Part shown: one piece after another, positions 55,347-64,000 of the stretch
Layout of the letters: the number at the start of each line of letters is the position of its first letter
Numbering within the stretch: position 1 is the stretch's first letter
Assembly (NCBI GenBank): GCA_037447605.1
Contig: CM074810.1
Location: 2,018,880-2,082,879 of the forward strand
Length of the DNA: 64,000 nucleotides
Origin: Zygnema circumcarinatum SAG 698-1b
Taxonomy: Eukaryota > Plantae > Zygnematophyceae
Direction: 5' to 3'
Translations under genes and position numbers: made by a program
The notes under the pieces: generated by a model
What the model saw: only the letters and a program-made list of their open reading frames with translations
Told to the model about the DNA's origin: nothing
The model's database searches: none

Positions 55347-58300
55347 TCACTCTCTGCGTGCTTGTTCTATGCGGCCACAAAGCCGCCACGCGGCCTGGGG
55401 TCGCAGCAGGGGCCTCTCGAACACCCAAATATCCTCCACGGTTATCTGGCGACAGGACAGGTGCAGACGCCGGACTCAGCATAAAGATGGACCAGAAGGT
55501 CACAGCGACGCATCGTAGGAAACAAAAAAACAAAGCAAAGAAAAAAGACGAAGAACGGATCGATACTAAACAACACAAGAACAGAAGCAATTGTAGCGGT
55601 TGTAGCAATGGTGGCGATTGGAGCGGTTCAAGTCTGATATCTCACCTCTTTGTTAGGGTCCCCTGCAATAACCTTACCCGCCTTACTGTATGCCGCATAA
55701 ATCTGGCCATGCACGCAACACCAAATGAAGAGCATGAAAGTCGGTCAGACAGCAATTCAGAAGCATTGAAGTGTAGCGCAGCAAACGCAGTGCCTTATGG
55801 GAATTAAAGGCCGGCATTGGGCAGGCAGGGTCGGCCCGCACCTGCTTGCTGCGGAGGACCACTGTGAGCTGTGCAAACGCATTATCCGGATTGTCTTTGT
55901 CCACGCCAATCTGCAGCCACCAGCACTCCCCAACCCTAAAAACCCTAAAACCCTAAAAACCATGCGCTCTTCAGCCTTCCAATCGCAGCAGTTCCTAGAC
56001 GCAGCTTTGCGAACTGCTTCTCACCAGTCTGCCCTGCACTGTCCGGATGTATTCCATTTGCCCCAGCAATTTCCACTCGATGCGACTCCAGCCGCTCTCT
56101 TCGCGTTGCTTCATCTCTCTCTTCATCGCCTGCATTTTAAAGAACACACTTGTGACTCAAACGGACGCCCTAAAGGTTTACTCAATAAGAGTCGCTCGCC
56201 CATAAAGTTTCAGACCTAACTCATTCACCACTGTCAGTTTTCATAAGGACTACTTTCAGTGACCCTCCCCAGACTCCAATGGGCATGCACGAAGGCGTGA
56301 ATTCGGAAGTCCATCCTCCCTCAAACAGGTGCAACGCACATGCATGTGGCTCTCTTTGCTAATAACGCTTCATTCTTGCAGTCAAACGGCATCAACAGAG
56401 AAAGCCCTAAAGCGCCCACCGTGTAAACTTGCTCCGTAACAAGCTGCCGCAGAGCAGTTCTGTCTGCCGCCGCAACCGCCCGGTTGATCTGTTTCCGGCT
56501 CCAACCAGAAGAGCATTCTTCACTGCCCACATTATACACGGCGAACCTCAAAGTGCATACTGCTCGTACATACTGACGCATTCTCAAGAGTAACGCAACC
56601 AAACAACCTGCACTATTCATGTACACTGACGAGCATGACTGACACAGCTTGTCAGGCTGGCTTTCGTCTCTCCCAAAGGTAACCATTCAAAAGAGTTTCA
56701 AAATCTAATGCAGTTTTGCTTGTTTCAATATGACTAGAAAAGGGCGGGAGAGCCGCGAAGAGACCATTCGAGTGCTGCCCACTCTAGGCATACTAAAATC
56801 CATTTTCTACGTCGTGGAGAGAGACATCAGACGAGTCCCCCGGTTCCGAGGTTGTCTCCGAAACTCCACCAACAGGCAAGTTTTCCGTATGCACTGGCGA
56901 TTCCTCCACTAAAAACGCACCTGAGTGTAAACTGACACCACATCACGATAGAAGGCGGCTTGCGTGAAATCCCTGTTGCGCTGCCGCAGCCTCGCCAGGG
57001 CAAACGCCGTCTTCAGCTGCACCCCCCCCGCACCGGTCGGTCAGTGCCTACCAGAGGCCATGGCGGGCCTCTGCTGCGCTGCCCATTAATAGATTGGATG
57101 CAGTGTTCATTGTAAAACCGCATTTGTTAACATTGCTTGTGTTTGTTCAGAGTATTCCAAACACAGGGGGGTCGCTCTGGAGGCAGGCTGCCCTCACATA
57201 CGCCATCACATCGCTCCGCGTCCTCCGCCACCCCTGCGCCGTGAACCATCTGCTTCCATCCACACCGCGAGCAAACAACATCATGGCCAAGATAATGTGT
57301 AATCCACAGCTCTCCAAGTTTCTCATTCCAATTTACTGACGTTCATCCAGCTTCCCTCTTCAAAGTTCGAACTGAACGAGCACGAAACGAGCAACGGGAA
57401 AAGCAAGTCCAGCATTCACGGACACCAGAATGACGAAAGGTCACCAGTTATTGTGAACATAAGTCAGCCACGACACTTCATTTTTCACACGGGAGGCGTG
57501 CAGACGACTTACTTCTTGAAGAAGGGCAGGGGCGGAGAAGGGGGTTTGTAAGGGTCACCAATGATGCCAGGGCTTTGCAGATAAATCCGAACGTGCCCCT
57601 GAATCCTTGCCCCTCGCACGTGTCAAACATGGAACTGGCTTGCCGGGATGCAGCAGTCAAGTGAAGCCTCCCCGCAGTGCGGCTGCCGTGCCATCTCTCA
57701 CCGCCCTCCTCTGTTGGACGGAGAAGCTCCGCGTGGTTCCTTGCCCGGACCAGGGCCTGCCGTCGGGAGTCTGCCGATACGAACCGCCCTCACTCCAACC
57801 CCAAGCGCTAATTAGGGTTCCGAGTATTGCCCTTCCCGTTCAGCGTCATGCTGTTCCCAGCACAGCGCGTACTGCAGGCACGCCCGCATCTAATGGAGAA
57901 AGCGACAGTCGAATACGAGGCAGGTAATCCTCACGACTGATAGAATTTACATAGCTAAAATCTACAACGTATCAGGAATAACACCGCTTCACCAAAATCC
58001 AACCGTGAACCCCGGCCTGCTCTTTGCACATTGTCTCAACTCTGAACCCTCGCGATTTCAATTCTATATCGTTGAAAAAATACAGTTTGGTAGCACTGAT
58101 TCAGTGCTATCAGTAAGAAAGTACCCAAATCCATCGCGAGACCTGAACCAAAAAGCAGGAGTACAAGATATGGCGAACAGCAAAAAAAAAAAAAAAAAGG
58201 GGTGTTGCCCTATGCCGCCTCCGAGAACTCCGACACGAATTCTCCGCCGCAATCCCTTAAACGAATGCTGCGGATCGCTCTGTCTCTAGTTTCCACACCA

Positions 58301-58746
58301 TCACCTTCTACCGGCTTCCTTCCTGACAGCGACAGTGCATTACTTTCCGTTCTCCTGACGCAACACGGATGTGAGAAATTTCAGCTCAAGGAAATCGGCA
58401 CGGGACAAAGCAGTACCTTTGCGGGCGAGGAAAGAGAAAGCAATGGAGAAGCAAGAAAGCGGAACTTCATTCCCCCGAAGTCAGGTGACGCGCCATGCGC
58501 GGCAAGCAGCGGCGAAGATTGCAGGTCTGGAAAATATCGCTGGTCTGCTGCAGGACGAGTGCTGCTGCTGCAGGGAGCAAGGCACCCGGTGCCGTAGAGA
58601 TCCATGGCGCGATGTGCAGAGCCATAGGCCGGCGTGGAGAGGAGAGGGCGCGCGGCGGGATAGGAGCTGACGGATGGTGGCGGCAGCGGGGAGAGCAGGC
58701 GGGCGGGCAGCGCGGCGGCGAGGCGGAGGAGGGAGAGGCGCGCCAT
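55347..58746 (-). CDS. Tim44-like domain protein, mitochondrial ribosomal mL45 homologue
   Basis: Presequence-like MARLSLLRLAAALPARLL. Exons include VRIYLQSPGIIGDPYKPP, INRAVAAADRTALRQLVTEQVYT, IGVDKDNPDNAFAQLTVVLRSKQ, IYAAYSKAGKVIAGDPNKE and ITVEDIWVFERPLLRPQAAWRLCGRI. Confidence 0.88.
55932..55961. repeat. Short interstitial telomere-like array (CCCTAAAAA, CCCTAAAA, CCCTAAAAA)
   Basis: Direct sequence inspection; lies in an mL45 intron. Confidence 0.75.
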
Positions 58747-58944
58747 GGCCGCCCGGCGGGCTAGGGAGGGAGGGAGGGAGGAGGGGGGGGGGAGCGGCTG
58801 CGTGCTGGCCAGGCCACCACCGCGTGGCGCCGCCTGCGCCACCCGCCGCACAGCGCTTTAAAGACGTCATAACTGCGCTGCAGTCCGCGCGCTGTGCTCC
58901 GATTTGCAAGGCGGCGACGATCGCAGCTTGCGTAGTCTGTGTTA

Positions 58945-58956
58945 AATGACGTCATT
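58945..58956. promoter_or_regulatory. 12-bp palindrome AATGACGTCATT in the mL45/SRRP1 divergent promoter
   Basis: Read directly. Confidence 0.4.
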
Positions 58957-59295
58957 AGTGCTCTAGTCACACGCTGTACGGCCGGACCCCCCTCCCTCGC
59001 TGCGTGCGTTGTGGGGGCGCACCTTATCGGCGAGCGGAGCGCAACGCAGCGAATTCTTGGCCGCGGCCTCCCTCTCTCCTTCCTTCCCTGCCGCCATCCT
59101 TGCCCCCCCCGTCTCTCCTTTCCTTCCTCCCTCATCATGAGGCACGCAGGGGGGCGGCAGGTGGTTGCGTAGACTGCGTGGGGGAGATGAGCGCAGCGCA
59201 GGCCTCCTGCTGCTGCTGCGCGCCAGCTCTCATGCGCGCACCTCCCGCCAATGCAGTTCTGCGTTTTTCAGTTCCTCTACAGCTAAGAATTTAAC

Positions 59296-62200
59296 ATGGA
59301 ATTGACTGCATTCTGCCGAGCTGGGAAATTTTCGTCTATGTCGTTTTCGGGCCAGGGGCTGGTGAATTGTGCCGAGGTTACGGGGCCGATGTTCGCCTCT
59401 ACAGCTCCATGGCAGGTGAAGATTATCCAGAGTAGAGGCTTGCGTCACAGCCGGGTAGACCATTTCTGTTCCCTCAACGCAGTGCCTTGTATTCAGGGCA
59501 CTCGGCAGTTCCGGCTGGTGAGACGCATTGGCGGAATTAGATTACTATTTGAGCAGAAGGCATGGAATTCTGAAGTATCGTCAAAGATAGCTGCGACAGC
59601 CGTCACTGACGCAGGGGCTGTAGCGGACGAGCAATTGGCTGCTGATGGAGAATTCAGCAGAGGGGGAAACTTGAAGGAGAAGAGAAGGGGTAGGCATTCG
59701 GAGAGCGGCAAGAAGGGGGCGACTGAGGTTTCTGACAGCGGCGCTAAGGGAGGATTGGAAGCGGATGAGGGAGGTGCTAACAGGGATGCCTCGGGTGAGG
59801 GAGGAGTTGGAGAGGCAGGAAAGCTGGCGAGCTCGGCGAGTGGAGACAAGGCGGATGTTGTTAACGTAAAGGAAGCCAAGGTTTGTAACACGGACTTTTC
59901 TTGTCATGTGCACAGGCCTGTCTGCCATTTTTAAGTAATTCTATCATTTTCCTCTGGGGGAGATGCAGTTGGAATGGCAACTCTCAATTTTCGATGACGG
60001 CCAAGTCATGAGTGCAAGCAGTTTCGCAGACATGGCTGCGCTTACGGATAGGTCTGAGTTATGTGACGAGTTCTTTTCTGTGCGAGGAGATCCTTTCTGC
60101 AAGTTTTCTCGAGCAGTGTTTGTAGGATGCATCGCTTCACTTAAAAAGACTGCGGAAAAGCCTTTTGTCGATTGCATAATTGAGGAATGCGGCACTGAGG
60201 CTAATTTTAACGGAACAGTACATCTGGATGGCAAGCAAATGGTTTTCGCTTCCCTAGACCTCAAGTTCATGGACTAATTGCAGGAGCTAGGTTCAAATAC
60301 GGTAGGTATGGGGAAAATAGACTAATTTTGACAATTGGGGCAGCTCTACTGAATCAAAGTTACGCAGTACTGAAAGCGAGCTGGAATACTTTTGAGAGAA
60401 GAATCCAGAATATCTCTTGAAAGCGCAGGTGGGGCTGGATGGAATCAGAGAAAGTCTTCTTGGCAGAAGGCCAGGGCCATGTTGGAGCAGGGAGCAGTGC
60501 ACACGGGTCGTGTGGAAACCTGCAACAATGGTGGTCTCCTCGTACGATTTGGAGCCCTGCAGGCGTTTCTACCCTTCTCCCAGCTTGACCCCGATCGCCT
60601 TGCCCAAGGTTTGCAGCGTCTTTGTGGGGGGGGTGGCCATTTACTGCACTGCAGACTCGAACTCGTTTTAGGGTTTCATAGGGGGCTCGTGGTCCGTTGC
60701 CACAGCTGTGATATGGAGTTGGAGGGACCGCTCTCTCGGAGTGAAACTTCTGGAAGGATAGGGTCTTCCATGGCTGTGGCAGTCAGTCAGCTGCTTGCTG
60801 TCTGCTGGAAAAAGTTTCAAAAGTGTATGGTGTATGATAAAGAAGATCGAGGGGTGCCGTAGGAGGTGCAGAGGGAGAGAGAACGCCGGTGGAGATCGGA
60901 CAGGCAATGGTCGGAAACCTTGTTTCGGCCCAGGTGAACCCCAAGCACTGTTCTCATCCCACGTCAAAACAACAGACCTTGTAGGCATTCTACTTGTGTG
61001 TGGAGGTGTTCCAGATTAGGTTTTCGCAGACTATGGAGCGATGCATGCTGGTGTGTGCGGGGCCATGTCTTGAGCTTCTCCCTGAAGCGGCGCTGCGTGC
61101 AGGTGACGGATGTGGCGGAGGAGAAGCGGCGGCTTGTGCTGTCGGAGAGGGAGGCGGCGGCCACTCGGAAGCTGCGGAAGATAAGCATAGGGGACGTGCT
61201 GCCGGGGAGGGTCACCGCGCTCACCGACTTCGGCGCCTTTGTGGACGTCAAGTTCCCGGATGGTGCAGCTGCAGCCCCTGCAATGGCGGGTTATTCTTTT
61301 CATGAATGATGGGGAAATGTTCATCAGGGGGGATCAATGTTATGGCTGCTATGGGGGATTGCTCTCAAGTCGTCTCACGTTCATGAGCATGTTTTGGGTC
61401 ATACTATGTATGAAGCCATCTCCATTTAACTCAAGTCATCTCAGAAGTGCCGCAGCAAGTCTACCGATCAATGAACTGGCTTCTTGGTTCCTTCAGTCCT
61501 CTGTTTCAATTGGATGCCAGATCTGCCCATGGTTTCACCGCTTTTGGGGAACTAAATGTGTGAGGCGAGTGCAGGAAGCCCGGAGGGAAAACCCTAAACC
61601 CGCGTGTGGTGGGCGAGGGCGGGTGCAGGCAGCTCCGGTCTGAGCGGGTTGGTGCACATGTCCGAGCTGTCCTGGGACGCGGTCCGCAGCCCAAGGGACG
61701 TGCTCGCACCGGGGGGCGCTGTCCAAGTGAAGGTCATCGGGGTCGACAGGTACGGGCACAGGGCAGGGCAGGGCAGGTCAATCTCAATGGTTTCATTGTC
61801 CGCCATTGCTGAGAGGAACAGCATCTCTGTGATCAGCTCGGGATAGATGACAAACCAGATCTCCTGGAGGCCGTGCCCTCCGCCCTAATGAGGCTGACGG
61901 GGGGAGCTGCGCAGGACGAAGAAGCGGCTCGCCCTCTCCCTGAAGCAGCTGCAGGAGGACCCGCTGCTGCAGACGCTGGACACGCTCATGCCGGCCTCGG
62001 CCAACCCTGGACCGCCACCTGTCAGTGCGCTGCTCTCCTTGCTGGCACGCTTTCATATGCAGCATGGTTAGGTAGTTGGACGGAACAAATGAAGAGGATG
62101 CTCCTGCAGAGAAGCGTAGCAGGGGGGCGTGTGGGAAGGCATGGGGCCATGCTGCGTGGGCATTCTGTGTTGTTGCATGGTCCATGGCCGACGGTCTGAT

Positions 62201-63383
62201 CTCGGTAGTGCTCTCTCTCAGAGTGTGGCACGTGAGGAGGGAGAAGGTGCGGAGTCTCCGTCCGACGTGGACCTCCTCCGCGCGCCGCTGCCCGGACTGG
62301 CCGGCATCTGCGCGGAGCTGCTGAGAGAGGAGGGGTGAGGGGGGGGTGGACTCTGTCATGGCGATGGCTTGCATCATGCGTTTGTCATCTCCTGTTGGAG
62401 TTCTCGTATGACTGACTGATGTCTCTCGGCTTCTGCGGCATAGCAGAAAGTCTTCGCAAACTTTTTTCAGTTTCATGGAATGGAAAGTAACGGTTTTCTC
62501 CATTTCTAGCTAATGGAGTCAGTATCCCAACTGTTTCCTTTGCTCCTCTCAGTTGGGCACTGTAACTGTGGATGAATTTTGTGAAGCACGGCAGTGTCCT
62601 TCTATCTGAATGTGCGGGTTTGGATCACGTCAATGAAAGCAGCTCTTCGTTTTGAATTTCAGCTCTGAGTGCATACAGAGGCTGAGTGTGTCGGTTCTTG
62701 TGAGGATTTTTGGGAGCAGGATTACGGGTGTGACACTTGGCAGGCAGGCAGTGGTGAAGCGAGTCGTTTCGCAGGACCTTGAACTCTGGCTATCGAATGT
62801 AAGTCGCGAACTCCTCGGCACTGGTGATCATTCTCAGTATGACTCTGCACTTTTCCAGGGCACTTGTCTCCACCTCTCCCATGTTCACTCTCGCCTGCGG
62901 TGCCATCGCCATAAGAGCAGTAGCATATGGGGGGGAATGCAGGCTCAGCTGGAGAGCGGGGTCTTCACTCTGTTGGCGCGGGCCGGCCGGCAGGTAATCG
63001 CAGTCCTCGGAAATTAGGGCAGCGGAGGGTTCGTCGTCATGGTGTCCCTATTGGGTCCTCACTGCTGTCTGCTGGGGAGTAGCAGACAGGAATAGAGTTC
63101 TATCAGTACAGTAACCGATACCCGATTCGACAATGGCTGTGTCTTCTTTGTCTGCGGAAATGCCCCCCCACCCCTCTTTTCCCGTCTTAGTGCTCCCAAA
63201 ATCATCTACTTGAAGCAGCAAAAGTAAGGGTGGACAAGTGAGGCTCTCGTTGGCTATTTAAGCTTTGCTCAATAGCTTTCGGGTTGCGGGAGGGTGCAGG
63301 TGCAGGAAGTGCAGGTCGCCGCAACGTTGGACCGCGAGGGGATGAAGACGGCCGTGCAGCGCGTCACGGGCAGAGTGCCGTAG
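59296..63383 (+). CDS. SRRP1: Chloroplast S1-domain RNA-binding protein
   Basis: Transit-peptide-like N-terminus. S1 repeats GRVETCNNGGLLVRFGALQAFLPFSQL, GDVLPGRVTALTDFGAFVDVKF and LSGLVHMSELSWD. Then SLKQLQEDPLLQTLD, PLPGLAGICAELLREEG, KRVVSQDLELWLSN, FTLLARAGRQ|VQEV...VTGRVP*. Confidence 0.92.
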
Positions 63384-63910
63384 GACAAGGCTGAATGGGA
63401 CTTTGCCAGGGCACTAGTGAAAGAGCAGTCTAAGCGATGCAGGCACCCTGCGCAGATGGTTTTTGGGCAAGATCCTTAATATGCTTGGAGTGTGTTCTTT
63501 TGGGCCTTCCGACTCTTTTGTGTTTCACTCGCTCTCCGCTGACTCAAATGAACGCGAAAGATCGTCCAGCTTTATTTTCTCTCCCTACAACAAGCAATGA
63601 GCTGATTCCTCAAGGTCGCTCTAGCGGCGTTAAGGCGGCGGCAAAACCATGTCCGTGAGCAGCAGCTCACATGCATTTTCACTTCCGTGCAAGTTGGCGC
63701 ACACATTTCCTCTTATTCACGAGAGCAATCAAAAAATGACAAAAAGAAATTTCTCACTACGCTCTTTATTGCCATAAAGTGCTATTTACAATTGGTCCAG
63801 GTGTCAGTCCCCTACATTTAATCCTTATCAGCGTCATTCTAAGGTAAACTCTGGCACCCCCCCCCTCATCATGGACTACCGGCACGAGGCGAGATGGCTG
63901 CTAGGGGTTC

Positions 63911-64000
63911 TCACGCCTGAGTCTGAGGTTGAGGCTGAGACTGCAGCTGAGGTTGAGGCTGCGTCTGAGACTGAGACTGGAGCTGAGACTGAGGCTGAGG
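63911..64000 (-). CDS. Probable 3' end of a gene entering from beyond the window; alternating X-Q repeat tail (PQPQSQLQSQSQTQPQPQLQSQPQPQTQA*)
   Basis: Open frame to the window edge; codon-periodic CAG/CAA at every second codon; TGA at 63911-63913. It could also be a non-coding hexamer repeat. Confidence 0.45.
   Translation of the reverse strand, partial: PQPQSQLQSQSQTQPQPQLQSQPQPQTQA

Noticed and set aside
59963-60277. 104-aa ORF that looks protein-like inside SRRP1
   Set aside because: The first part is best explained as an SRRP1 exon with a donor near 60050 and the rest as intron; there is no independent promoter or recognisable domain.

Overview
Gene-dense, intron-rich eukaryotic nuclear DNA from a streptophyte. 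This is inferred: the enolase carries the streptophyte-type EWGWCKQK insertion, the genes are orthologues of plant-type genes, and the compact layout suggests a streptophyte alga or an early-diverging land plant. I could reconstruct 14 multi-exon protein-coding genes and the probable 3' end of one more. In order: a plastid-type SEX4/LSF2-like dual-specificity phosphatase with a coiled-coil tail (+), SMC6 (+), cytosolic enolase (-), RPL35 (-), PRP3 (+), a small cupin with a bipartite twin-arginine thylakoid-lumen-type presequence (+), prolyl 4-hydroxylase P4H1 (-), a DUF21/CBS (CNNM-like) protein (-), a GT47 exostosin glycosyltransferase (+), two tandem complex-I-type ferredoxins (-), RLPH2 phosphatase (+), an mL45/Tim44-like protein (-) and SRRP1 (+). 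Four gene pairs are head-to-head. I found no supportable tRNA, rRNA, snoRNA, CRISPR array or autonomous transposon. There are three 10-N assembly gaps, all in G/C-rich simple repeats. The strongest leads are: (1) the ferredoxin duplication, where one intact copy has replaced three of four metal ligands; (2) the predicted lumenal cupin under a tandem G-box array; (3) a hairpin/CCAAT/MSA-rich repeat block upstream of P4H1; (4) a duplicated poison 3' splice site in enolase; (5) extended TGACGTCA palindromes in four promoters. All gene models are manual and unverified by RNA data. Family assignments come from recalled motifs, not database searches.
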